Of a stretch of 64,000 bases of DNA, positions 20,436-30,502 are shown piece after piece (position 1 is the first letter of the stretch; each line of letters begins with the position of its first letter). Under the pieces are notes generated by a model that was given only the letters and a program-made list of their open reading frames with translations, made no database searches and was not told where the DNA came from. A program made the translations under genes and the position numbers. The stretch comes from an uncultured archaeon (GTDB lineage: Archaea; Asgardarchaeota; Lokiarchaeia; Sigyniarchaeales; SOKP01): assembly GCA_964632315.1 (NCBI GenBank), contig CAZWEM010000009.1:1-64000 (forward strand), given 5' to 3'.

Positions 20436-23400
20436 TTATTGTTTTCGTTTCTGAATTACTACTGCTCCAATAATAGAAATTATCATGAAAACCAAAAACC
20501 AATTTCCAAATGGAATTGCTGGAGGAGGTTCATCATCAGGAGGTTCCTCTTGAATTGTTATTTTTACTGTATCAGTAGCATAATTTCCAGCAAGATCAGT
20601 AAAATTAATGGTAAAGAAGTGCTCTCCTATTGATAATCCTTCTGGAATGGTATAGCTCACATCACTTCCACTGGTCCAAGAAATTGGTCCTGTTAGAATA
20701 CCATGACCTTGATGTTCTATAGTATATGTGGCAGGATGAGCATCAGTTGCTATCCATATGAGACAAACATCTGTATATCCCGAAAAGCAGCTATAATCTT
20801 CTGGAACATCAGTGATTATAGGAGTTATGGAATCACCTACAGTGAATTTGACAGTATCTGTAATGAAATTTTCAAAACTATCCGTGTAATTGATGATATA
20901 ATAATAATCTCCTATTGGAAATCCGTCTGGTATCGTATAATTAACTGCAACACCACTAGACCACGCTGTTGGTTCTACTACAACTCCAGAACCTTGAAGT
21001 TCAATAGTATAATTATACGGGTTATCATCAGTTGCATTCCATTGTAAATTGATGCCCGTGTAACCTAATTCAACAGCAATATCACTTGGAGCATCTGTAA
21101 TAATAGGATCTTCTATATCTTGGACAGTTAACTTTACAGTATCTTCGATAAAGTGTCCATAATCATCAGTGAAATTTATAGTGTAAAAATATTCTCCTAC
21201 ACTAAATCCCTCCGGGATATCATAAATAACAGATATTCCACTAGACCACCCAGTTAAATCTACAACATTTCCAGAACCTTGTAGTTCAATTGTATAATTA
21301 TAGGGATTTTCATCGGTTGCCGTCCATTGAAAAGTTTCGCCAGAATATCCTAATCCAACTATTTTATCGCTAGGAGAAAATGTAATTATGGGATTTTCTG
21401 TATCTTGAACAGTAACATTTACAGTATCAATTGCAAAATTGCCATTATCATCAGTAAAATTGATTGTGTAAGTAAAAGTACCCACTCCTAATCCATCAGG
21501 AATATCATAGGTCACTTCAACTCCACTAGACCAAGAAAATGGACCCGCTACGACTCCAGAACCTTGAAGTTCAATAGTATAATTATACGGATTATCATCA
21601 GTTGCCATCCATATGACATTTTTGTCTGTATAACCACATTCGAGAATCAAGTCACTCGGGTTTTCAGTAATGATTGGATCATCCAGATCTGCTCTCTCTC
21701 TGACTTGAACAACTACCAATCCTTCAGAACGACTAGCAACAAATGCATGATCACCAATTATATCAACTCCGATGGATAGATCTATAGTATCTGAATATAA
21801 TATTGTCGGATTGGCAATACCCACTTGCTTAATATCAATTACTGTTAATCTGTCTCCATCAGCAACGTATGCATAATCACCACTTATATCAACATCAAGA
21901 GCACATGTACCTGCAGTACTTATAGTCGTTGGAGAACTAGGACTTGTTGGATCCGATACATCGATGACAGTTAGACCCGCATTATCGTCTGCCACGTACG
22001 CATAGTCTCCTCTGACCTCTATAGCCCATGCCCAGCCATTAGTATACATTGTAGAATAAGGACCTGGACTGGTAGGGTCGCTGATGTCGAAGATCGCTAT
22101 TCCACCATCCCTATAGGCTACATATGCATAATCTCCATCGATAAAAACATCGTAAGCATCGTGATCGCCACTTTTGTCCATATATACTGGTGTCCCTGGA
22201 CTGGTAGGATCACTGATATCGATGATTGCAACCCCTGCACTACCAGAGGCCACATAAGCATAATCTCCACATACATCTATACCGTGTGCATAACCTGATG
22301 TATCCATGTATATTGGAGTTTTTGGATTTGTAGGAGAAGACACATCAATTATCGCCAATCCAGAACCACCATCAGCGATATAAGCCCAGTCCCCATCTAC
22401 CTCAACGTCATTTGAATGCCCTGCGGTATTCTCATAGATGGGTGCTGATGGGGCGAAAGGCTCAATAATAGCCATGACTGCTAGACCTGCAGTATCAGCA
22501 GCGATATATGCAAAAAAACCATCAATATCCACTTTTCTTGCCTCGCCGGCTATAGCTCGACTTGCATATATTACAGGATCTACTTCTACTGATATATCTA
22601 TTATCATTAAACCATGAGTTGTAGGAACAAATCCATAATTTCCTTCTATATCTATTCCTCTTGGATATCCATAACCATTTCCTTGAAATTCTTTATATGC
22701 AATTTCATTTGGAGAATTTGGATACATAATGTCAAAAACAGCCATTCCATAGAGTGTTGCGAGATAAGCATAATCTCCACATATAAAGACATCGTTAACA
22801 GTATAAGAATCCTCATAATCAGGAGATTGGGGATTAATAGGATTAGTCACGTCAATTATTGCCAACCCATAACTTCCATCCGCTACAAAAGCGTTACATC
22901 CATCCAAAAATATAGCTTGAGCAAAACCATCCGTATCCACGCTATAGATAGAAGCAGATGGGTCAGTGGGATTCGTAATATTAATTACTGATAATCCTTC
23001 ATAACCATCGGCAACATAGGCATAATTTCCTCTCACTTCTACACTCCAAGCCCACCCAGAAGTATCCATATAAACGGGCGTTCCTGGATTGGTAGGATCA
23101 CTGATGTCAATTACTGCTAATCCATTAATCTCATCGGCAACATAGGCATAATCACCCTTAACATATACATCCATTGCACATTCAGTATCCATATACACAG
23201 GAGCTCCGGGATTTTCGGGGTCAGAGATATCAATAATTGCCAATCCATCCTCATAGTCAGCGATATATGCATAATTTCCACTCACGTATACAGCTTGAGC
23301 ATCTCCGTATGTATTCCTATAAACTGGTGCTCCTGGATTAGTAGGATCTGTGATATCTATTATCGCTAATCCTTTCCAACCGTCTGCTATGTAAGCATAA

Positions 23401-23633
23401 TTACCACTTATATAAACGTCATAGGCAGTAGCTTCAGTTTCGCTGTAATAAATAAAAGAATCTTTAGGATTTTCATGTTCAAAATCTATTCTCTTTGCTA
23501 AAGAATCGAATTCTCCTTGAAGAAAATTTGTAAAATTGGGGAGGAGAAATATTAGTACTATTAGAATTAAAATAGTTCTTGATTTTCGTGTTTTATTTTG
23601 TGTATTTCTAATAATTATCAACTCATCTTTCAT
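20436..23633 (-). CDS. LVIVD-repeat (beta-propeller) surface protein with Ig-like repeats and an IPFG-TM tail
   Basis: About 13 VxVxGxYAYVADxxxGLxIIDISDPxxP repeats; 4 WxATDxNPxNYTI repeats; C-terminal IPFG + TM + basic tail. Confidence 0.88.
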   Translation of the reverse strand: MKDELIIIRNTQNKTRKSRTILILIVLIFLLPNFTNFLQGEFDSLAKRIDFEHENPKDSFIYYSETEATAYDVYISGNYAYIADGWKGLAIIDITDPTNPGAPVYRNTYGDAQAVYVSGNYAYIADYEDGLAIIDISDPENPGAPVYMDTECAMDVYVKGDYAYVADEINGLAVIDISDPTNPGTPVYMDTSGWAWSVEVRGNYAYVADGYEGLSVINITNPTDPSASIYSVDTDGFAQAIFLDGCNAFVADGSYGLAIIDVTNPINPQSPDYEDSYTVNDVFICGDYAYLATLYGMAVFDIMYPNSPNEIAYKEFQGNGYGYPRGIDIEGNYGFVPTTHGLMIIDISVEVDPVIYASRAIAGEARKVDIDGFFAYIAADTAGLAVMAIIEPFAPSAPIYENTAGHSNDVEVDGDWAYIADGGSGLAIIDVSSPTNPKTPIYMDTSGYAHGIDVCGDYAYVASGSAGVAIIDISDPTSPGTPVYMDKSGDHDAYDVFIDGDYAYVAYRDGGIAIFDISDPTSPGPYSTMYTNGWAWAIEVRGDYAYVADDNAGLTVIDVSDPTSPSSPTTISTAGTCALDVDISGDYAYVADGDRLTVIDIKQVGIANPTILYSDTIDLSIGVDIIGDHAFVASRSEGLVVVQVRERADLDDPIITENPSDLILECGYTDKNVIWMATDDNPYNYTIELQGSGVVAGPFSWSSGVEVTYDIPDGLGVGTFTYTINFTDDNGNFAIDTVNVTVQDTENPIITFSPSDKIVGLGYSGETFQWTATDENPYNYTIELQGSGNVVDLTGWSSGISVIYDIPEGFSVGEYFYTINFTDDYGHFIEDTVKLTVQDIEDPIITDAPSDIAVELGYTGINLQWNATDDNPYNYTIELQGSGVVVEPTAWSSGVAVNYTIPDGFPIGDYYYIINYTDSFENFITDTVKFTVGDSITPIITDVPEDYSCFSGYTDVCLIWIATDAHPATYTIEHQGHGILTGPISWTSGSDVSYTIPEGLSIGEHFFTINFTDLAGNYATDTVKITIQEEPPDDEPPPAIPFGNWFLVFMIISIIGAVVIQKRKQ

Positions 23634-23687
23634 TATAAATTGATTTTAAGCATCTATGATGCTTTTATGGATATTTGAGAGTATTTG

Positions 23688-23751
23688 CTTTTATGATTGC
23701 AGTTCCAATACTTTCATAAATGTTCCAAGAAACCACGGAAGTTCCAGAAAA
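23688..23751 (-). promoter_or_regulatory. Conserved upstream element, copy 2 (before the LVIVD gene, in the divergent region)
   Basis: CTTTTATGATTGCAGTTCCAATACTTTCATAAATGTT...GGAAGTT with the same internal spacing as copy 1. Confidence 0.7.
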
Positions 23752-23812
23752 GATATATAAATAAATAAAAAAAAGATATAATTTAGATAAAAAAATACAA
23801 CTTTCTAAAATT

Positions 23813-25726
23813 ATGGTAAATGTAAATTATCCTCCTGAAAACATTTACGACCCTTCTGGAAAAGAAAACGCTAATTATGACCACGTTATTCTCTGGATGT
23901 TGTATAATAATGAGGTTTGTAAATGGGGCGATTTTAGCAAAGAACCAATCGAAATTCCTTTAGGAACATTATCTAGACACATGGATCAGTTAAAGCGTAA
24001 GGGGTTTGTCGAAAAAATCTCAAGAGGCAGTTATAAAATTACATTAGAAGGAAAAAAAAAATTTTATGAGCAACTAACTGGAAAAGGAAAAGAGCGAAAG
24101 CTAAATTATCCGCCTGAAATTGTTTTAAACACTCGAAATTACGATCACTGGATTCTCTGGGTGCTCTATAATAATAATTACTGTAAACGATCTCACTTTC
24201 TTGAAAATCCATTAAATATAAACCAATCTTCGTTATCAAAAACCCTCAATTTATTAATTAAAAAAAGATTCATAATAAAAAATGAGGGAAAATATATTAT
24301 TACGACATTGGGAAAATCTAGATACTCAAAGATACTCAAGAATTATGATCTTGACAGACAAACAATATTGGAGGAAGAAACCAAAAGAATAGAAGAGATT
24401 AATAAAAATACAACAAATCTTTTTAATCTCTATAAAGTGAAGGACAAGGAAGTCCAATTCAATTTTCTTAATTATATTCTAAAATTGGATTATGAAAGGG
24501 TAAAATCTTTACTAAAAAATGAAGAACTATTTTATAAAATCATATTATTTTTCGCAATGAATCATCCAAATCAATATCCTCGCTTTATATCTTCAAAAGA
24601 TTTTTCAGATTTATATCGAATTAAAACTACTACGTTAGATTATTATGTTGAAGAAATCTCAGAAGGAAAAATTTATCCCACCAAATTTTTTAAATTAAAG
24701 GGACCTTCAGGGGGAAATTATTATTTTCAAAGCGATGGAAAATTAGGAAAAATGCTTGGAATTATATCTGAAACTCAAATTAACAAGCATGCATATCTGA
24801 ACAAACTCTTCTCAAATATAGAAAGTAAGACCCCAAATATAGATATAAATTTAATTATAACCAGCATCATAGATGAGAGTTGTGAATGCTTATTTCATCA
24901 GGATTTTAAGGAATCCTTAAGCAATTTTATACCTGAATTCATTAATTACTTATCTTATAAAATTGAAATTAAAAAGGAATTAAAAGATACTTACGATAAA
25001 TTAGAAGGAATCATATGGCAGGAATTGTTAATCGCATTTGATTCTCAAATTAATGTAAATTTAAAAAGCCAATATGAAGAAGAGATCGATGACATAGATA
25101 AGGAAATCGCATTAGATCCCCATAATTTAGAATTATATAAATCAAAAATACGAATTTTAATCTACTTTAACCAATACCATGAAATTTTGAAAATATTAGA
25201 CATCATGTTAGAAAAGTTCCCTGAAGAGGAAATAGATCTTATGATGAAAAGAGCATCAATTTATAGAAAAAAGAAAGATCTGAATGTAGGTTTAGAGATT
25301 ATCGAAGGCTTGATCAAAAAGTATCCTGAAAATAATGAACTTCTAAATTTTAAAGCTTTTTGGCTTCAATACATGAATAGACGAGACGAGAGCTTAGAAT
25401 TGATTGAAATGCTTATCAAAAAAGAGCCAAACATGAGTATATATTATGATAATTATGGAGAAATTCTAATGTATTTTGAAGAATATGAAGAAGCAACTAA
25501 GAAATTCTTAAAAGTCCTTCTAAAAGGGAATGAGTGGTATTATTATCAGACCTATATTAAATTAGGAATATGTTATAAAGTACTCAATAAGTTTGATTTA
25601 GCACGGAATAATCTGAAAAAAGGTATAGAATTAATTAAAAAGGAAGACTCAAATCATTCCGAGATTAAGGAAAAATGGTTAGCAATAGCTAATCTTTTTC
25701 TTGCTGAGATTCAATCAAATAAATAA
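23813..25726 (+). CDS. Tandem winged-helix + TPR protein (putative transcription regulator)
   Basis: Two repeats NYPPE...NYDHxILWxLYNN...SxxxxxLxxKxF...GxYxITxxGK; TPRs at the C-terminus. Confidence 0.7.
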   Translation: MVNVNYPPENIYDPSGKENANYDHVILWMLYNNEVCKWGDFSKEPIEIPLGTLSRHMDQLKRKGFVEKISRGSYKITLEGKKKFYEQLTGKGKERKLNYPPEIVLNTRNYDHWILWVLYNNNYCKRSHFLENPLNINQSSLSKTLNLLIKKRFIIKNEGKYIITTLGKSRYSKILKNYDLDRQTILEEETKRIEEINKNTTNLFNLYKVKDKEVQFNFLNYILKLDYERVKSLLKNEELFYKIILFFAMNHPNQYPRFISSKDFSDLYRIKTTTLDYYVEEISEGKIYPTKFFKLKGPSGGNYYFQSDGKLGKMLGIISETQINKHAYLNKLFSNIESKTPNIDINLIITSIIDESCECLFHQDFKESLSNFIPEFINYLSYKIEIKKELKDTYDKLEGIIWQELLIAFDSQINVNLKSQYEEEIDDIDKEIALDPHNLELYKSKIRILIYFNQYHEILKILDIMLEKFPEEEIDLMMKRASIYRKKKDLNVGLEIIEGLIKKYPENNELLNFKAFWLQYMNRRDESLELIEMLIKKEPNMSIYYDNYGEILMYFEEYEEATKKFLKVLLKGNEWYYYQTYIKLGICYKVLNKFDLARNNLKKGIELIKKEDSNHSEIKEKWLAIANLFLAEIQSNK

Positions 25727-25757
25727 TTAGAAAAATAAAAAGAAATAAAATATTCTA

Positions 25758-27452
25758 CTAAGTTCTTCTACGCTTTAATTCATTAATTGCTTTTTCTGCT
25801 AAAAGGATGGCATCAGTATATTTCGATTTCTCCCTTTTAAGGTTGGCTTCAAGTTCGATTGTTTTATTTTGAAGTTCCATTATAATTTCATTGCTTTCAT
25901 CCGAAGAGCCTGGTAAACTTTCTGGATTTTCCATCGTTTCCTTAAGGTAATTGTACTTTTCTTTCCACACGTTTAATTCTGTCTCTAGGTCTTCATATGC
26001 ATCGTCTCCTGTTATACTCGCGATTGATATTTCTTCGCCTTCTTTCACTTGTGATAATCTTTCTTTCAAGGTTTCGATTTCATCTTCCAAATCTTTTATT
26101 TTAACTTTAAGTTCAGCAATTTCATCTAAATAATCAGAAGAAGTTTTAGGAGCGGTAATTTCCTCATATATAGTCTTACCAGTTTCTAATTCATATGAAC
26201 TCTTTCCTCCCAATAAGCGTTCTTTTCTTTTTTGTAGTTCTTCAATGGTTTGTTTTGGTAAAAAGTCTAAAGGATTAAATCCAATTCCACCATGTTGGGT
26301 CGTTCGTTTTCTAATTTTCACAAAAAGTGGAATTCCTTTTACAGCTTCTCCACAAATTATTGCTTCACCTTTATCTAAGCCGGAAATATCATTTCTATTT
26401 CCTCTTGTTAAATCTTCAGCACTGCTTATCGTCACATCTATATCTCTTACATCAGTGAGATTATGAACGATCCACGATCCCGCTTGAGCTCGAATCGTTG
26501 TATCGAGAAGCTGTGGCCTTTGCGTACCTATTACTAAGTTTGCTCCAAATTTTCGTCCTTCCTGTGAGAATAATTTTACAGTTTCACAAGTATCTGTCCT
26601 TTTTTTACCGGCAAATAAATGTGCTTCGTCCAAGAATAGGTAAAACGGAGGGATCTTTCGTGAAGTACTTGATTGATATAACTTTTTTAACAATTTTCCC
26701 GCAATCATTTCTTGAACGCTTAAATCCATACCCCTCATGTTAACAATCGTGCATAAATTAGGTGCTACTATATCAGAAGCTTCTAGAGAGAAAAGATATT
26801 CTACATCAACATCACCACCCTTATTTATTTTCAAATCAGCAAACTCAACAATTTTATCCACAAATTCACTCTGACCTCCTTCCGATCCATCTTCAGTTGC
26901 TCCTACCTTAAGACTTCCATATTCTCCATGTCTATCTAGTATCACTACAGGAATTCCTTTCTTCATGAATTCTTCGCATAAAACGCCCATCGTATATGAT
27001 TTCCCTGACCCACTTTTTCCGGTTATGAAAATTCTCCCAAAATTTTTGACTAGAAGGTTAACATCAAAAGGATATCCAATTAACTTCCCAAGTGCGACGG
27101 ATTCTTCGGGGGGATTTAATATTCCCAACAAATTTTTAATTTGATCTTCTTTAGCCTTATAGACTTCTGCTCCTACTTCAAATGGGCGTTTTGGACGTTC
27201 TCCTAAGACAAGTAAATCAGCTATCATTCCACTAGAATCGCTATACATATCATCTATACTCAAGACATAGTGTGGTCTTTTTCCCTCTTTTTTTTCTCCA
27301 TAAATAACAAGATAAGTATTTCTGTAAACCGTTGGGTCCTCAATTTTCATTGATACTTCATATGCTGTGGTTTTTCCAAATAATCGACCAACGATTTTCT
27401 CCTCTTGGTTATGTATATTTTCACTTTTATCTAAATTATCATCATCAGCCAT
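25758..27452 (-). CDS. HerA/FtsK-family (DUF87) ATPase with C-terminal coiled coil
   Basis: GKSGSGKS Walker A, ILDRHGEY, FLDEAH, EGRKFG, TQRP; HAS-barrel-like N-terminus. Confidence 0.88.
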   Translation of the reverse strand: MADDDNLDKSENIHNQEEKIVGRLFGKTTAYEVSMKIEDPTVYRNTYLVIYGEKKEGKRPHYVLSIDDMYSDSSGMIADLLVLGERPKRPFEVGAEVYKAKEDQIKNLLGILNPPEESVALGKLIGYPFDVNLLVKNFGRIFITGKSGSGKSYTMGVLCEEFMKKGIPVVILDRHGEYGSLKVGATEDGSEGGQSEFVDKIVEFADLKINKGGDVDVEYLFSLEASDIVAPNLCTIVNMRGMDLSVQEMIAGKLLKKLYQSSTSRKIPPFYLFLDEAHLFAGKKRTDTCETVKLFSQEGRKFGANLVIGTQRPQLLDTTIRAQAGSWIVHNLTDVRDIDVTISSAEDLTRGNRNDISGLDKGEAIICGEAVKGIPLFVKIRKRTTQHGGIGFNPLDFLPKQTIEELQKRKERLLGGKSSYELETGKTIYEEITAPKTSSDYLDEIAELKVKIKDLEDEIETLKERLSQVKEGEEISIASITGDDAYEDLETELNVWKEKYNYLKETMENPESLPGSSDESNEIIMELQNKTIELEANLKREKSKYTDAILLAEKAINELKRRRT

Positions 27453-27678
27453 TATAAATCACTTACGATATCTTTCTTTAGTATAATATGTAAATTCAGA
27501 CTAATATATTAATAAGATCTAACTATTTTAGAAAATATTAAAAAAGGTATATAAATCTTGATGAGTCCCTTATTCAATGTTGTTTTGGGAAGACTATATA
27601 TTTTTTTACCATATAGATTTGTTTATATTATATTTTAACTTTTCTTAACCTCATTTAACCTGATTCAATTGTCCTATA

Positions 27679-28794
27679 TTATTCCTCATATGAATTGATT
27701 TTTTTCAAGTGAAGGTGCTTGCTAATTATCCCAATAACTATTAAAAGACTTAATATCAAGCCAAAATTATATCCTGGAATCATAAGATCATTAGGATTAT
27801 CTATGGTGAAATAATCACTATAATCGTATATTTGATAAGGATCAGAAACATCAGCCACAACGATTCTATAATCATTACCATCACTATAGGACGCAGATAC
27901 TTGCCATACATATTCACCATCATTTTCGGTAGATAAAGTAATGCATTCAACAAGAGTATCCTGATTGTATAGCTCGATCTGGACAAAAGGAATTAGTCCT
28001 GTAGTCTCCCAAGAGATTGTATAGTTCGAGTTTTTTGACACAACAGTAGAATATGTTGGGTTTAACACGGTTATACTTTTTGGAGTTTCGATCGTGAAGT
28101 GTTCACTAAAATCGTAAGCGCTAGGATATGATATGCTTGATACTTTTACATTATACTCGGTGCCATCAGGGCAATCTTGTGGTATGTGCCAAGTGTACGT
28201 TCCGTCATTGTCCGTACTTGCACTAATGGTAGTATATAATGATGAACTATTGAATAATTCGATTTCGATATTTCCTTCTACATTAATGGATGTCCATTCA
28301 ACCACAAGATCCGAATCTGCTTGATAGGAAGAACTTGAATCAGGCTCTTTAACATCAATCGTTGGTGGGCGACTATCTCCAACAAAAGAGACTTGATAAC
28401 TCACTTTCGTACAAAGACTAAAACTACTTATATCATTCCAAAATATGATGTGCCACGTATCACCATATGGAACAGACCATGTACCAGAACCACTAGATCC
28501 CGTTGATAACTGATATCCTGTAGCAAAGCCATTATAGATAAATTGTACATATTCAGAATGCTTCAGAGCCCATACATTTATGGAGATGCTGGGATTTGTA
28601 CTATAACTCCAACCAATATGATTATCAGCATATCCGTTGGCTTCAGCCCATTCATCTACACATATCTGCTGTGAGTCTGCTGTTTTTGGTAATTCTGTAT
28701 TTTCTTGCGTGATGGCATTTGAACTAAAAAAGATTATAAGGAAGGATGTCAATATAATTCCCACAATTAAACTTATTTCTATTTTACGCTTCAT
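27679..28794 (-). CDS. Secreted Ser/Thr-rich protein with two Ig-like (Kre9/GPI-anchored-family-like) domains and an IPGY-TM tail
   Basis: Signal peptide; two repeats ..W...IEL...T.NDG.Y.W...YD.S..FTI; IPGY + TM. Confidence 0.75.
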   Translation of the reverse strand: MKRKIEISLIVGIILTSFLIIFFSSNAITQENTELPKTADSQQICVDEWAEANGYADNHIGWSYSTNPSISINVWALKHSEYVQFIYNGFATGYQLSTGSSGSGTWSVPYGDTWHIIFWNDISSFSLCTKVSYQVSFVGDSRPPTIDVKEPDSSSSYQADSDLVVEWTSINVEGNIEIELFNSSSLYTTISASTDNDGTYTWHIPQDCPDGTEYNVKVSSISYPSAYDFSEHFTIETPKSITVLNPTYSTVVSKNSNYTISWETTGLIPFVQIELYNQDTLVECITLSTENDGEYVWQVSASYSDGNDYRIVVADVSDPYQIYDYSDYFTIDNPNDLMIPGYNFGLILSLLIVIGIISKHLHLKKINSYEE

Positions 28795-28872
28795 TTTAAA
28801 TACACTTTTGTCTTAAATATAGTTAACTTCAAGGCTATATAAAAACCTTTCTCAATAGGTATAACATATTCA

Positions 28873-29060
28873 CTATTTTTTAGGAAAAATAATGTATTTC
28901 TTTACCATGTGGACGTATTTATATGATTCTTTGGCTTTTCTCAAACCTTCTATTCCTAAATCTTTTTCTCGATTGATATGAGTTACTTCTAAAAAGCAAC
29001 TTTTTAAGTAAAAGAAGTAAAAATAATCTCTATAGTTCAAGTTTACTTTTTTCTTCTATT
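28873..29060 (-). pseudogene. C-terminal remnant of a DUF2156 paralog
   Basis: Reads YLKSCFLEVTHINREKDLGIEGLRKAKESYKYVHMVKKYIIFPKK*, matching the C-terminus of 29469-30389; an in-frame stop lies just upstream and no intact 5' part is seen. Confidence 0.75.
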
Positions 29061-29203
29061 TCTTAAAAAATCATTAGAGAATAATATGAAAAATAAAAAG
29101 AAAAAAATAGATTAAAGATTTTAAAAATTCAATAAACTTAACTTCTCTGTTTAATATAACAGATAATTCCAAGCAATAATATTGAAGATATTATTAAATA
29201 GCT

Positions 29204-29437
29204 TTGAATTATGCCTTGATGATCTCCCAAGTGCAAAAAAAATATATAAAAAATTTTTTAGCTTTGGCTCGAAATTGGAACGAAAAATATTATAAGCAAT
29301 ATATGAAAATACACCTTGATTTTATTAAGAAGAACATTGAATTAATAGCAGCAAAAAATAACGATCCTGAAGTGCAGGAACGCGAATATGTAGTAATGCT
29401 TTCAATATTACCATTAAAAGCCTTATATAATTTTTAA
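29204..29437 (+). CDS. Short hypothetical ORF or gene remnant
   Basis: 77 aa, TTG start, no recognised motif. Confidence 0.3.
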   Translation: MNYALMISQVQKKYIKNFLALARNWNEKYYKQYMKIHLDFIKKNIELIAAKNNDPEVQEREYVVMLSILPLKALYNF

Positions 29438-29468
29438 AAAAAAAATTGAAAGAAAAATAATACCAATT

Positions 29469-30389
29469 CTACACTTTTTTATAGATTATACTCTTTTTAT
29501 TCATTTTGATTGGCTTATAAGACTCTTTCGCCCTTCTTAAACCATCGACTCCTAAATCTTGCTCCCTATTAACGTACTTAACGTTAGGGAAGCAATTTTT
29601 CAAAAATAAATTATTGATTGCTTGGTATCCACCATGATATTTCATGTGAGCTTTTTCCACGTGAATTACAAGTGTTTCTGGGTTTAGCATCTCTCCGAAA
29701 GTATAGGCAGCACATCCACCATCGATGCAAATAACGGCCCCAGTAAATCCTAAGACTCGAAAATTATCTAAGGCTTCGTAAATTGCTTCTTGTTCTTGCT
29801 CCAAACCTTCATCCTCTTCACACTCTCTCATAATGCACCATTCTAATTGCAATTCTTTAGTTTTTTCAACGGTTTCTTCAGTTAGGGTTTGAAATTCATA
29901 ATCATAGCTTTCTAAGAATTTATTCAACCAGCGCCGGTTTTGACGATATTTATTACCAGCTAAGCTTGTAATTTCGTTCGCATCATATACGTAATCCCAA
30001 TTATCCCGATCATCTTTAATTTCAAGTTTTGCGTTAAAATAATCCTTATCAAATTGATTTATAATTGTTTCAGGAACACGATGAAATTCTACATCCATTG
30101 TCTCTTCTATGATTTGTTTTATGATTTCAGTTGGATTAGGCCCCACCGGAGGAAAGAAATATTTAGCGTTCTTATTTCCCGACGCTGGAGTTTTTCTTTT
30201 TTTTAAAAACTCATTAGAATAAATAATTAAATGAGAATTAAATTCTAAATACAATAACTCATAAAAATTCCTCCACATGAATAAATTAGTGAATGTAAAC
30301 TCAGAGTTTAGAGGAGGGAATTTTTTAAAATATTCGTCAAAAATAGCTTTATCGTCCAGTGTTAATGTATTTGCACCGTCTAAATTCAT
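29469..30389 (-). CDS. DUF2156 / phosphatidylglycerol lysyltransferase-like GNAT domain protein
   Basis: SEFTFTNLFMW, DRDNWDYVY, HVEKA, NREQDLGVDGLRRAKESY. Confidence 0.88.
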   Translation of the reverse strand: MNLDGANTLTLDDKAIFDEYFKKFPPLNSEFTFTNLFMWRNFYELLYLEFNSHLIIYSNEFLKKRKTPASGNKNAKYFFPPVGPNPTEIIKQIIEETMDVEFHRVPETIINQFDKDYFNAKLEIKDDRDNWDYVYDANEITSLAGNKYRQNRRWLNKFLESYDYEFQTLTEETVEKTKELQLEWCIMRECEEDEGLEQEQEAIYEALDNFRVLGFTGAVICIDGGCAAYTFGEMLNPETLVIHVEKAHMKYHGGYQAINNLFLKNCFPNVKYVNREQDLGVDGLRRAKESYKPIKMNKKSIIYKKV

Positions 30390-30502
30390 GAGTTATTTAA
30401 AATGAGATTGTATAAATTCCTTTCGTTTCAAATTTAAAGGAAAACTGCTTAACGAGAATTTTTTATTCTTTGACGAATAGTTTCAAATTATCCTAAAATA
30501 AG

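Noticed and set aside
14479-23633. Repetitive DNA as a CRISPR array or mobile element
   Set aside because: The repeats are in-frame protein domain repeats; there is no constant repeat-spacer pattern and no cas or transposase gene.
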